Shown here: one piece after another, positions 1 to 9,946 of the stretch
How positions within the stretch are numbered: position 1 is the stretch's first letter
Layout: each line of letters begins with the position of its first letter
NCBI GenBank assembly: GCA_016188385.1
Contig: JACPHV010000002.1
Location: 101,682 to 165,681 of the forward strand
DNA: 64,000 bases
DNA from: Candidatus Uhrbacteria bacterium
GTDB taxonomy: Bacteria; Patescibacteriota; Patescibacteriia; JACQRZ01
Direction: 5' to 3'
Translations under genes and position numbers: made by a program
The notes under the pieces: model-generated
Databases searched by the model: none
What the model saw: only the letters and a program-made list of their open reading frames with translations
What the model was told of the DNA's origin: nothing

Positions 1-1254
1 CATCGCATCAAATCGGTATCAGCGTATGAAATTCTGGATTCTCGAGGCAATCCGACTGTTCGTGCGCGCGTGGAATTGGATAATGGCGTGAGTGGAGTGG
101 CATCCGTGCCTTCGGGGGCATCAACCGGAATCCATGAGGCGCTTGAATTGCGCGACAATGATCCGAAACGTTTTAACGGCAAAGGTGTAGTAAAAGCCGT
201 CCGTAATGTAAATCGTAAAATCGCACCCTTGTTGCGCGGATATGATGTTCGCGATCAGCGATCAATTGATAGCGCAATGATCGGTCTGGATGGCACTGAA
301 AACAAATCACGTCTGGGAGCAAACTCAATCCTGGGCGTATCACTCGCATGCGCGCACGCGGCTGCATCATCGACTAAAAAACCGCTTTACCGATATTTGC
401 GCTCTCACACAAAGCTCGGAACAAAAACGCCTTATCGGCTGCCTTATCCGACAATGAATATTCTCAATGGCGGCAAACATGCCGACAGTGGGCTCTCCAT
501 CCAAGAGTTCATGATTATACCTCAAAGGCCGTCCCTTCGTGAACGCGTGCGTATCGGCGCTGAAGTATTCAGCGCATTAAAAAGATTGCTAGTAAAAAAG
601 AACTTTTCAACGCTCGTTGGAGACGAGGGCGGATTTGCTCCCCGCATTGGAACAAATGAACGCGCGCTGAAATTGATCATGAACGCAATCACGACGGCCG
701 GATATCTGCCCGGTAAAGATGTCCTCCTTGGGTTGGATCTAGCTGCGTCGGAATTCTATGATTCTACCACAGGACTATACTCGCTCGAACACGATAAAAA
801 GCCGATTTCGTCCGATCGTATGATTGAAATCATCGATGATTGGAAAACCCGCTATCCGTTATACATTATAGAAGATCCCCTTGATCAAGATGACTGGGCC
901 GGTTGGGCGCGTATCACAAAAAAGCTACGTCACAAGGTTAAATTGGTGGGAGATGATCTTTTTGTCACCAATATCAAACGGCTCAAGGCTGGAATTGACA
1001 AGGGAGTCGCAAATGCTATCTTGATAAAACTTAATCAGATTGGCAGCGTGTCAGAAACGCTTGATTGTATATCTCTGGCGCAGAAGCATTCTTATACGGT
1101 AATCGTATCGCATCGATCCGGCGAGACAGGCGATACCACCATCGCTGACCTTGCGGTAGCAACCAATTCCGACTATATCAAAACGGGGAGCTTATCGAGA
1201 TCGGAGCGGGTGGAGAAATATAATCGACTTATCGAGATCGAGCAGGAAATTTGA
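1..1254 (+). CDS. eno: Enolase (phosphopyruvate hydratase), 5' end outside the window
   Basis: Frame-1 translation from base 1 reads HRIKSVSAYEILDSRGNPTVRARVELDNGV, the enolase N-terminal region. The C-terminal SGETGDTTIADLAVA and NQIGSVSE enolase signatures are present. The ORF track starts at an internal Met at 70. Confidence 0.9.
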   Translation, partial: HRIKSVSAYEILDSRGNPTVRARVELDNGVSGVASVPSGASTGIHEALELRDNDPKRFNGKGVVKAVRNVNRKIAPLLRGYDVRDQRSIDSAMIGLDGTENKSRLGANSILGVSLACAHAAASSTKKPLYRYLRSHTKLGTKTPYRLPYPTMNILNGGKHADSGLSIQEFMIIPQRPSLRERVRIGAEVFSALKRLLVKKNFSTLVGDEGGFAPRIGTNERALKLIMNAITTAGYLPGKDVLLGLDLAASEFYDSTTGLYSLEHDKKPISSDRMIEIIDDWKTRYPLYIIEDPLDQDDWAGWARITKKLRHKVKLVGDDLFVTNIKRLKAGIDKGVANAILIKLNQIGSVSETLDCISLAQKHSYTVIVSHRSGETGDTTIADLAVATNSDYIKTGSLSRSERVEKYNRLIEIEQEI

Positions 1255-1335
1255 GACTGATGAAATATAGCTTCCCGGGACAGGAGCTGAAAGACTGGTA
1301 ACCTCAGATATTTTGCTACAGACTCAATTAAGATT

Positions 1336-2931
1336 ATGGCCGAACAATCAGTTCTGAAACATCGCCCCGTCGTTCTGGCAGTACTAGACGGATGGGGAGT
1401 GAGCGTACCGTCGCGCGCAAATGCTATTACGCAGGCCCGAGCGCCCTTTTGGGATTCACTTCTTCGTTCATATCCTGCTACAACGCTTCAAGCTTCAGGC
1501 GAAGCAACAGGACTGCCGTGGGGAGAATCCGGCAACTCGGAAGTCGGGCACATGAATATAGGGGCGGGACGAATCGTATATCAGGAGCTTACGAGGATAC
1601 ATGCGGCGATTCGCACACATACGTTCCAGACAAACAAGGCATTCCAGCAGATTTTTTCACATGTAAAAAAGTCCGGGGGTACTCTGCATATTGTAGGGCT
1701 CGTAAGCACCGGAGGGGTACATTCGCATAGTGATCATCTCTATGCCCTCTTGGAAGCCGCTAAATCCGCGGACATTACACGCCTCGCTTTGCACGCGATT
1801 CTAGATGGCAGGGATACTCCGTATGCCAGCGGTATCCAGCATATTGAGCGACTACAGGAATACCTAAAAGGTACGCATTGGCGGGTGGCAACACTGTCCG
1901 GCAGATTTTATGCCATGGATCGCGACAACCATTGGGACCGCATACAGGCGGCATATCAAGTGATTGCCCGAGGAGAAGGCAAAACGTCCGCAGCCAGTCC
2001 GGTCGCGACAATAAAAAAATCCTATGATTCCGGCATCTACGATGAGAATTTTGTTCCGACCATTCTCGCGGATGACGAACATCCTCCGACGACAGTTCAA
2101 GAAGGGGATGGTCTCCTATTTTTTAACATCCGCGCTGATCGCATGCGGCAGATTGTATCAGCTTTTTGTAATCCCGATTTTGCTAAGTTTGAACATCATC
2201 GCTATGCATCGCTTGCAATCGTCACCGCGACTCAATACGATGCTTACTTCCCCGTATCGGTCGCGTTCCCTCCTCAATCGTTAAAAAATTGTCTTGCGGA
2301 GTATATTAGTGCTCATAAACTCAAGCAACTACATACCGCGGAAACTGAAAAATATGCCCATATCACATACTTTCTCAATGGCGGACGCGAAGAACCCTAT
2401 CCTGGCGAAAAAAGAGTGATGGTGCCTTCTCCGGCGGTCGAATCTTATGCTAAAAAACCCGAGATGTCCGCGCACCGGATTACCGATGTCATACTGTCAT
2501 CGATCCAGGATGACGAATACGATTTTATCGCATGCAATTTTGCAAATGCCGATATGGTCGGGCATACGGGAGACATGAACGCCACTATTCGCGCGATCGA
2601 AACGATGGATGAATGCTTCAAGCGTATCATACCGGCAGTGCTTCAAAAAGGAGGTGCTCTACTCATTACAGCCGACCACGGCAACGCGGAACAACTCCTT
2701 GATCTTCAGACAGGCACAATCAATAAAGAACACAGCAATAATCCGGTTCCGTGTATCATAATCGCAAGGGATCTTGAAGGCAAATCTCTTGATTTTATCG
2801 ATCCAATCGGGAGAGATTTGAGCGTAATCGAACCAAGCGGCTTGCTTTCAGATGTCGCGCCGACCATCTTGGATTTGCTCGGACTCGATAAGCCGAAAGA
2901 AATGACCGGCCGTTCACTCATTGAAAAATGA
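1336..2931 (+). CDS. gpmI: 2,3-bisphosphoglycerate-independent phosphoglycerate mutase
   Basis: VLDGWG and GNSEVGHMNIGAGR motifs and the ADHGNAE metal-binding region are present. The 531-aa length is typical of iPGM. Confidence 0.9.
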   Translation: MAEQSVLKHRPVVLAVLDGWGVSVPSRANAITQARAPFWDSLLRSYPATTLQASGEATGLPWGESGNSEVGHMNIGAGRIVYQELTRIHAAIRTHTFQTNKAFQQIFSHVKKSGGTLHIVGLVSTGGVHSHSDHLYALLEAAKSADITRLALHAILDGRDTPYASGIQHIERLQEYLKGTHWRVATLSGRFYAMDRDNHWDRIQAAYQVIARGEGKTSAASPVATIKKSYDSGIYDENFVPTILADDEHPPTTVQEGDGLLFFNIRADRMRQIVSAFCNPDFAKFEHHRYASLAIVTATQYDAYFPVSVAFPPQSLKNCLAEYISAHKLKQLHTAETEKYAHITYFLNGGREEPYPGEKRVMVPSPAVESYAKKPEMSAHRITDVILSSIQDDEYDFIACNFANADMVGHTGDMNATIRAIETMDECFKRIIPAVLQKGGALLITADHGNAEQLLDLQTGTINKEHSNNPVPCIIIARDLEGKSLDFIDPIGRDLSVIEPSGLLSDVAPTILDLLGLDKPKEMTGRSLIEK

Positions 2932-2935
2932 ATGT

Positions 2936-3997
2936 ATGATTTCATTTCTTGAATCATTTTTCGGGCGATTCGCTCACGATCTTGGCATCGATCTTGGTAC
3001 GGCGAACACGCTCGTTTATACAAAAGAAAAGGGGATAGTAATAAACGAACCTTCAGTAGTGGCGGTAAATATCCGAACCGACCAGATATTAGCTGTCGGA
3101 CAAGAAGCATATCGAATGGTTGGTAGAACGCCTGCTCATATAGTCGCAAATAAACCCTTGGTTGACGGGGTAATCTCTGATTTTGAGGTTTCTGAAAAAA
3201 TGCTTAAATATTTTTTTCGAAAAGTTAATAAAGAGACATTTCTTTTCTCGCCTCGCCCCCGCGTCGTTATCGGAATTCCATTGGATGTCACCGAAGTGGA
3301 GCGCAAAGCGGTTGAAGATGCCGTACACTCCGCCGGCGGCCGCGAAGTGTACCTAATCGAGCAACCCATGGCCGCAGCCATCGGAGCCCGTCTGCCGGTG
3401 CAAGATTCGAGAGGATGGCTCGTCGTGGATATCGGAGGCGGGACTACCGATATCGCTGTCATCTCGCTGGGCGGCATTGTCACTTCCCGTTCATTAAAGA
3501 TTGCCGGCAACGAGCTGAATGATGATATCATTAAATTTTCGCGAGATTATTTTAATGTCTTGCTCGGCGAGCGCACCGGAGAGCACATTAAGATAAAGAT
3601 CGGCACGGCAGAACATCCTACCGAACCACTCTATATGAAAGTGCGCGGACGCGATTTACTCACCGGCCTGCCGAAGGAAATCATTATCGATTCACTGCAA
3701 ATTCGTGATGCGCTTTCAAAAAGCGTGCGTACGATCGTAGACAGTATACGCAGCACCATCGAAAGTACGCCACCGGAGCTTGTTGCCGATATTGCGGAGA
3801 ACGGCATACTTCTTACCGGCGGGGGTGCGCTCTTGAAAGGATTGGATAGATTAATCGCTGAAGCGACCGGCATACCGGTTATCATAGCGGAAGATCCTCT
3901 CACATGCGTCGTGAGAGGTACCGCTATTCTGCTTGATGATATTGATTTGCTCAAACGCGTGGCATCAATGGAGCCGCAACAGCGATATCCTTTATAG
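2936..3997 (+). CDS. mreB: Rod shape-determining protein MreB (actin-like ATPase)
   Basis: The DLGIDLGTANTLVY phosphate-1 motif and VVDIGGGTTDIAVIS are present, with MreB-like sequence throughout. The start is chosen at the MISFLESFF Met; the ORF track uses an upstream Met at 2921. Confidence 0.85.
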   Translation: MISFLESFFGRFAHDLGIDLGTANTLVYTKEKGIVINEPSVVAVNIRTDQILAVGQEAYRMVGRTPAHIVANKPLVDGVISDFEVSEKMLKYFFRKVNKETFLFSPRPRVVIGIPLDVTEVERKAVEDAVHSAGGREVYLIEQPMAAAIGARLPVQDSRGWLVVDIGGGTTDIAVISLGGIVTSRSLKIAGNELNDDIIKFSRDYFNVLLGERTGEHIKIKIGTAEHPTEPLYMKVRGRDLLTGLPKEIIIDSLQIRDALSKSVRTIVDSIRSTIESTPPELVADIAENGILLTGGGALLKGLDRLIAEATGIPVIIAEDPLTCVVRGTAILLDDIDLLKRVASMEPQQRYPL

Positions 3998-4010
3998 ATC
4001 ATGATACTGT

Positions 4011-4799
4011 ATGTGGAAATGGATTTTTTTGATTGGGGCGGCGGCTATAGCAGTATTCATACCGCTCTTTGATACTGGTGAAAGTATCGCGAAAAAATCG
4101 ATTGGTACGGCTGTCCGGCTTGTAGCTGATTCGTTTCCGCCGCTTATCGAGCTGTTGTCATCTGATACTTCCCAAGAGACAGTGGAGTCTTTACGCGAAG
4201 AGCGCAATCGCTGCATTGCTCAATCGATCGAAAGCAAGCTCCTGCATGATGAAAATAATAAACTCAAATCCATGCTCTCGTTCCGAGATACACAGGATCT
4301 GATGATGGTCACTGCCCATATCATTGGAAGAACGACAGATCCTGCTCAAAGCATGATCACGATTGATCGCGGTACACGAGATGGATTGAGAATAGGATTA
4401 CCGGTTGTCGCTCATGACGGTACGTTGATCGGACGAATCGGATATTCGGAACATGCGATAAGCGGAGTGAAACTCTTGAACAGCCCTGGAAATAAGACGC
4501 TTGCTGCCTATGAAAGCGCCTCAAACACTTTTATACAGGGTGTTGTGGAAGGAAAATTCCAGACCGGACTTCAGCTATCATTGATCCCTATTACCGAACC
4601 GGCGGAACGCGGACTGATGGTCTTTACATCAGGGCTCGAGAATGATATTCCTCGCGGACTCCTCATCGGATTCTTGTCTGACGTCACAGCTGCACCGGCA
4701 GATTTATTTTATACGATAACAATTCGACCCGCCATACAAATTTCATCTGTTCGCGATGTCGGCATACTTGTCAAACCTACTCATAAATCCGGGGAATGA
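4011..4799 (+). CDS. mreC: Rod shape-determining protein MreC
   Basis: Sits immediately downstream of mreB. It has an N-terminal TM segment, a coiled-coil stretch (LLHDENNKLKSML), and a C-terminal beta-domain (ITIDRGTRDGLRIGLPVV) typical of MreC. Confidence 0.7.
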   Translation: MWKWIFLIGAAAIAVFIPLFDTGESIAKKSIGTAVRLVADSFPPLIELLSSDTSQETVESLREERNRCIAQSIESKLLHDENNKLKSMLSFRDTQDLMMVTAHIIGRTTDPAQSMITIDRGTRDGLRIGLPVVAHDGTLIGRIGYSEHAISGVKLLNSPGNKTLAAYESASNTFIQGVVEGKFQTGLQLSLIPITEPAERGLMVFTSGLENDIPRGLLIGFLSDVTAAPADLFYTITIRPAIQISSVRDVGILVKPTHKSGE

Positions 4800-6592
4800 A
4801 CCTGCGTAATTTTTGCATTATCGCCCATATAGACCATGGGAAATCAACGTTGGCAGATCGGCTGCTGGAATATACATCAACTGTTTCAAAACGGGAGATG
4901 AAAGAACAGCTGCTTGACCAAATGGATCTCGAGCGTGAGCGCGGCATCACGATCAAATTGCAGCCTGTGCGAATGAAATACATGTCCGCGCATGGTACTA
5001 TGATATTCAATTTGATCGATACGCCCGGCCATGTGGATTTTTCCTATGAGGTCTCCCGCTCCCTCGCGGCTGTTGAGGGCGCGATTCTTCTTGTGGATGC
5101 TACACAAGGAATCCAGGCACAGACGCTTGCGAATCTATATCTTGCCCTTGAGCAAGATATAGCCATCATTCCGGTTCTAAATAAAATCGACCTGCCAAGC
5201 GCAAGACCCGATGAAGTCGCCTCTGAAATCATGACTTTGCTCGGATGCCGCCGCGATGAAATCCTTGAGGTATCAGGGAAGACCGGCCAAGGAGTAGAGC
5301 TATTAATGCAAGAAATCTGCAAACGCATACCCGAGCCGGCACAATCGAAAGAACCGCATCTTCGGGCGCTCATCTTTGATTCTGTCTATGATGAGTATCG
5401 AGGAGTAGTTGCGTATGTGCGTCTCTTTGGCGGTACGGCACGTCGAGGCAGTAGTGTGTATTATAAGGGCACGGGGACGAAAATGGATGTAATCGAGGTC
5501 GGCTATTTCAAACCTCATTATTCGGCGACAGATGTAATTGCGGACGGCGAGATCGGATATATCGTCACGGGATTGAAAAATATATCTGACGCGCGTGTGG
5601 GCGATACGATCATCTCTGCCGAACATCTCATGACGACTGCTCTTCCAGGCTATAAGGAAGCAAAGCCAATGGTATTCGCGGGATTTTTCTCAAAGGATGG
5701 CGATCAGACGCGTGAACTTCGTGAAGCTATCGAAAAATTAAAATTAAATGATGCGGCCTTAGTGTTCGAACCGGAACATTCTCCGGCGTTGGGCTTTGGG
5801 TTCCGCTGCGGATTTTTAGGGTTGCTTCATTTGGAAATTACGCAGGAACGTCTGAAGCGCGAATACGGTATTAATCTTATTGTTACGGTACCGTCAGTGG
5901 CATATCGTATCAGGACGCTCGCGGAAGGAGCTTCTATCATAAGGAGTCCAAGTGAATTGCCGGACGTAATTGAATCCATCGAAGAACCCTGGGTACGCGC
6001 GGATATCATTACACCGGAACAATCGATCGGCGGGATCATGAAGCTGCTGTCGGAGCGCAAAGGAATGTACCGCAATACGGAATATCTGACCACCGCAGAT
6101 GCGGCAGTCGCGCGCAGAGTTATTATTCATGCTGATATACCACTTGCATCGATTCTTGTTGACTTTTATGATATACTTAAAAGCGTGTCTGCCGGATACG
6201 CATCGCTTAACTATGAGCTTTCGGATTATCGGCCCGCAACCGTTGCCAAGCTTGTCATTTCTGTTGCCGGCGATGAGGTTGAGGCTCTTACATCGATCGT
6301 ATACAGGGATCAGGCATATCATATTGGGCGAAAGATCGTTGAATCCCTCAAAGGGTTGTTGACAAGACAACAATTTGAGATACGCATCCAGGCCTCAATA
6401 GGGGGGAAGGTGATCGCTTCCGACCGCATCGCTCCGCTGCGTAAAGACGTGACGGCAAAACTGTATGGAGGGGATGTAACGCGCAAGCAGAAACTTCTCG
6501 AAAAACAAAAAAAGGGGAAAAAGCGTATGCGAGCGGGCGGCCATGTAGATATTCCAACCGAGGCCTATCTTTCAATACTCAAACGTTCATAG
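4796..6592 (+). CDS. lepA: Elongation factor 4 (LepA GTPase)
   Basis: Has the NLRNFCIIAHIDHGKSTLADRLL G1 motif, DTPGHVDF, NKIDL, and the LepA-specific C-terminal domain ending ...GHVDIPTEAYLSIL. Confidence 0.9.
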   Translation: MNLRNFCIIAHIDHGKSTLADRLLEYTSTVSKREMKEQLLDQMDLERERGITIKLQPVRMKYMSAHGTMIFNLIDTPGHVDFSYEVSRSLAAVEGAILLVDATQGIQAQTLANLYLALEQDIAIIPVLNKIDLPSARPDEVASEIMTLLGCRRDEILEVSGKTGQGVELLMQEICKRIPEPAQSKEPHLRALIFDSVYDEYRGVVAYVRLFGGTARRGSSVYYKGTGTKMDVIEVGYFKPHYSATDVIADGEIGYIVTGLKNISDARVGDTIISAEHLMTTALPGYKEAKPMVFAGFFSKDGDQTRELREAIEKLKLNDAALVFEPEHSPALGFGFRCGFLGLLHLEITQERLKREYGINLIVTVPSVAYRIRTLAEGASIIRSPSELPDVIESIEEPWVRADIITPEQSIGGIMKLLSERKGMYRNTEYLTTADAAVARRVIIHADIPLASILVDFYDILKSVSAGYASLNYELSDYRPATVAKLVISVAGDEVEALTSIVYRDQAYHIGRKIVESLKGLLTRQQFEIRIQASIGGKVIASDRIAPLRKDVTAKLYGGDVTRKQKLLEKQKKGKKRMRAGGHVDIPTEAYLSILKRS

Positions 6593-6618
6593 CGTACTTT
6601 CATCTAACCAGTCATAGT

Positions 6619-6714
6619 ATGTCCAAAAAAAAGCAAAAAATTGTGTTTATCATTCTTGCGGTGATTGTCACCGCGAGCATGGTAATTACCTCCCTTACAA
6701 CTCCATTTTTTTAA
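6619..6714 (+). CDS. Putative 31-aa single-TM micropeptide (MSKKKQKIVFIILAVIVTASMVITSLTTPFF)
   Basis: A short ATG-initiated ORF with a Lys-rich N-terminus and one hydrophobic helix, in the lepA-recJ gap. No clear Shine-Dalgarno sequence. Confidence 0.2.
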   Translation: MSKKKQKIVFIILAVIVTASMVITSLTTPFF

Positions 6715-6724
6715 TTTGGCCGCT

Positions 6725-6904
6725 ATGCAGCCGCAAGCACAAGTATCGGCCACAGTTATCAAGCAGCCATGGGATGAAATTAGATCATTCTTTGGACTAT
6801 TCACGGATCCAATAAGCTATTCGAGTATAGCGGTTTTGGTCGGTACCGGTATTGCGCTTATGATAGTTTTTTTCATGATGAGATCGCGACATGGGAACAA
6901 ATGA
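6725..6904 (+). CDS. Putative small membrane protein (about 59 aa)
   Basis: A second small ORF with a C-terminal TM helix (IAVLVGTGIALMIVFFMM). The track calls it from TTG at 6716. It overlaps the recJ start by 14 nt. Confidence 0.2.
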   Translation: MQPQAQVSATVIKQPWDEIRSFFGLFTDPISYSSIAVLVGTGIALMIVFFMMRSRHGNK

Positions 6905-8624
6905 AGTCGTTCTAGCTCAAATCTCGCCGATGCGCTCCCCAGACGAGATTCACAGTCTCGTGTCACGGATTCTTGTTTCGAGAGGGTACGTGAATGAGCA
7001 GCAGCAGCATCGTTTTTTGCATCCCGACTATACGCGTGATATCGGTGACCCGTTTTTATTTGATGATATGCAGCGTGCTATCGATCGAATACGCGCCGCG
7101 ATCGACTCAAATGAATTAATTACGATCTATGGCGACTATGATGTTGATGGCGTATGCGCCACGGCTGTGCTTTTTGATACGCTGCGAATGCTGGATGCGC
7201 GGGTAGATGTTGTAATCAATCATCGCGAACGAGACGGCTACGGGCTGCAAATAAAAATGCTTGAGCTAATCCACCGCGCAGGATCTACTCTTGTAATCAC
7301 TGACGATTCCGGTATTTCCAATGCGGCTGAAGTCGCGTTTGCAGTCGAACGAGGGATCGATGTGATCATAACCGATCATCATCAGATCCCTCCAGTTGAT
7401 ATGCTGCCGCAAGCATACGCGATCATCCATCCGCTTGTGCGGGCGGATCGCTATCCTTGCAAACACCTTGTCGGCGCCGGAGTTGCGTTTAAGGTCGTTC
7501 AGGCGCTCCTAAGATGCCCCTGGGTGCGTGATATATTTTTAAAAAAGGACATTTCGATTGAAGGATTTGAAAAATGGATGCTTGACATTGTAGCTGTTGC
7601 AACCGTTGCGGATTGCATGCCGCTTCTCGATGAAAACCGTGCGATCGTCAAGTACGGGCTCATCGTATTAAATAAAACGAAGCGTCTCGGTCTCCGCCAT
7701 TTGCTTTCTTGCGCTCGACTTTCCGAAAAACAAATCACAACACATTCGATCGGCTTTGGCATTGCTCCGCGACTGAATGCCGCGAGCAGAATGGAACATG
7801 GTAAAATCGCATTTGAATTACTCACGACATCTGATGAAGAGATGGCGCAAGAGCTGGCGCAGACGTTAGAGCATACGAATGTTCGTCGGCAAAAGCTCAC
7901 GGAAACCATTGTGCGCGCCGCTCGCATGGCAGTATCCCGCCAAGTCGAAGAGGGGAAAAAAATATTGATCGGCATAGGGGACTCATGGCCGTTGGGCATA
8001 CTCGGGTTAGTTGCGTCACGCTTAATGAATGAATTCAAACGGCCGGTTATCTTGGTGACGGCGGCAGAAGCAGGAAGGGTCGGCGCGGCGAGGAGTATTG
8101 CTTCGGTTCATATCACCAATATATTTCATCGCTTCGAATATTTCTTCTTACGTTTTGGCGGCCATGCTGCCGCCGGGGGTTTTTCTCTTAAGCCAACTAC
8201 TGATACCGATCTGTTCGTTAATGCAATCCATGATCACGCGGACAAAGAAGTCTCTTTGCAGCCGCATGAATTGGAGGGATCGCCTGACGCGGAGATTCGT
8301 TTGGCTGATATTACTTTAGATCTTGCGGAACAATTGCAGCTTCTTGAGCCACATGGCATCGGCAATCCCAAACCCATTTTTCGTATCTCAAACGTCACAA
8401 TTCAGGCTATGGAACGAGTTGGCTCGCAAAAGCAGCATATAAGACTGCTCCTCTCCGACGGCGTGGCGTCCCGCAAAGCAATAGCGTTCTCGCATGCCTC
8501 TCGAATTGACAAGCTCGAACTGCTTGAAGGTGAGAGCGTAAGCGTCATCGCAGAAATCGATGTTCATGAATGGCGTATGACGAGGGAGACGCAACTCACG
8601 ATTCGCACACTATCAAGGCCCTAG
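6891..8624 (+). CDS. recJ: Single-stranded-DNA-specific exonuclease RecJ
   Basis: Has DHH family motifs YGDYDVDGVCATAVL and ITDHHQIPP, a DHHA1 region, and a C-terminal OB-like domain. 577 aa. Confidence 0.85.
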   Translation: MGTNEVVLAQISPMRSPDEIHSLVSRILVSRGYVNEQQQHRFLHPDYTRDIGDPFLFDDMQRAIDRIRAAIDSNELITIYGDYDVDGVCATAVLFDTLRMLDARVDVVINHRERDGYGLQIKMLELIHRAGSTLVITDDSGISNAAEVAFAVERGIDVIITDHHQIPPVDMLPQAYAIIHPLVRADRYPCKHLVGAGVAFKVVQALLRCPWVRDIFLKKDISIEGFEKWMLDIVAVATVADCMPLLDENRAIVKYGLIVLNKTKRLGLRHLLSCARLSEKQITTHSIGFGIAPRLNAASRMEHGKIAFELLTTSDEEMAQELAQTLEHTNVRRQKLTETIVRAARMAVSRQVEEGKKILIGIGDSWPLGILGLVASRLMNEFKRPVILVTAAEAGRVGAARSIASVHITNIFHRFEYFFLRFGGHAAAGGFSLKPTTDTDLFVNAIHDHADKEVSLQPHELEGSPDAEIRLADITLDLAEQLQLLEPHGIGNPKPIFRISNVTIQAMERVGSQKQHIRLLLSDGVASRKAIAFSHASRIDKLELLEGESVSVIAEIDVHEWRMTRETQLTIRTLSRP

Positions 8625-8631
8625 TACTACT

Positions 8632-9048
8632 ATGAAAGCATTAATCCACACGGATGGCGGAGCGCGAGGAAACCCGGGACCGGCTGGCATCGGGGGGGTT
8701 ATACTCGACTCAACCACCGGCAAAGAGATTGAATATTCTCAATATATAGGCATTGCAACTAATAATCAGGCAGAATATCGATCATTGCTGCACGCGTTGT
8801 TGATCGCGCAAAAGCTCAAAGCGCGATCCGTGATTTGTTATTTGGATAGCGAATTAATCGTTAAGCAGCTTAATGGAGAGTATCGCGTAAAAAATCGCAT
8901 TCTCGGTCAAATCTTTCACCAGGTAAGGGATCTCGCGACACTATTTGAATCTGCTCAATTTATTCACATAAGAAGGGAGTTGAACAAACACGCTGATCGT
9001 CTTGTAAATAGCGCCATTGACAGCCATATTCGCTTGACGGAAGCATAG
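8632..9048 (+). CDS. rnhA: Ribonuclease HI
   Basis: Has the TDGGARGNPGPAGIGGVI catalytic Asp region and ...NNQAEYRSLLHAL..., the RNase H1 fold signature. 138 aa. Confidence 0.8.
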   Translation: MKALIHTDGGARGNPGPAGIGGVILDSTTGKEIEYSQYIGIATNNQAEYRSLLHALLIAQKLKARSVICYLDSELIVKQLNGEYRVKNRILGQIFHQVRDLATLFESAQFIHIRRELNKHADRLVNSAIDSHIRLTEA

Positions 9049-9084
9049 TACTGCCTTATACTTTCTTTCATATTCTTTGACAAC

Positions 9085-9735
9085 ACGAAAATAGGCTGTG
9101 CGATCACCTTCGCTTTATGGCGTGGGAGGAAAGTCCGAACATCCCCTCCGTTTTTGACGGGGGGACAGGGTAGTCGCTAATGGCGACCTAGGCGTAATGC
9201 AGCGGTGCTGATTTGCGGATATGAAGCGTGCTTATTGGCACGTTGCAATTTCGGACAGCAAACTACTGCATGATGCTTACGGGAAAGTGTCCTATCTCCA
9301 AAATCGAGATAGGATTCCCCAGCAATTATATTGATGGGGAGCAACAGAAAAGTCTTTCTGAAACGAAGGACCTCTCGAGGAAGATTCGAGAAGGAAGATA
9401 CCGCCCCGATCCGGGGTAAGGGTGAAATGGTGTGGAAGCTCAATCAAGAGCTGATCATGGAATACGATTATTTGTCAACAAGACATACATGGTTTCGATT
9501 CGCTTTGTTCTTCTGTTCTTTTATATACGATCGGTACCTGATTTGTGTTGACCGTATCTATGGGTAAGAGCGCACCAGAGCCGGAGTGATTCGGCTGCTT
9601 GGCAAACACCTACCTGATGCAAGAGCTCAATACGCTCGCTTGAACCCCCTTGGGGATTACCTGATGACAGTAAAGTCGTCACGCTTTTCCCTAATCGGGC
9701 TAGAGAGATGACCGCAGCATGTATAATTCGGGAAG
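9085..9735 (+). ncRNA. rnpB: RNase P RNA (bacterial type, expanded helices)
   Basis: The universally conserved blocks occur in order: GGGAGGAAAGTCCGAAC (P4 5' strand), AAGGGTGAAATGGTGTGG, GGGTAAGAGCGCACCAG, GGCAAACACCTACCTGATGCAAGAGCTCAATA (compare E. coli GGUAAACUCCACCCGGAGCAAGGCCAAAUA), and AATCGGGCT (P4 3' strand that pairs with AGTCCGA). The ends are approximate. Confidence 0.7.
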
Positions 9736-9946
9736 TAATGAGCGTGATGGAAATTGAGTACCCCGAGTAAATATGATATCATTCCTTGTCATGTTGATTT
9801 GGATACTCAATTTATTACGTATGAACCCTTGAATGAACATGATACAGAATTCGGCTTATAGGCTCTATTTTCGTGTTGTGAGTGAGTAATTATATTTTGG
9901 TTTGAAATAAGCGTAGAGGTCAATAGAAGAAGCGTGGAAGTATTGT

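Noticed and set aside
9177-9567. Three small ORFs (9177-9443 minus, 9228-9419 plus, 9331-9567 plus)
   Set aside because: They lie entirely inside the RNase P RNA gene, and the conserved rnpB blocks explain the sequence.
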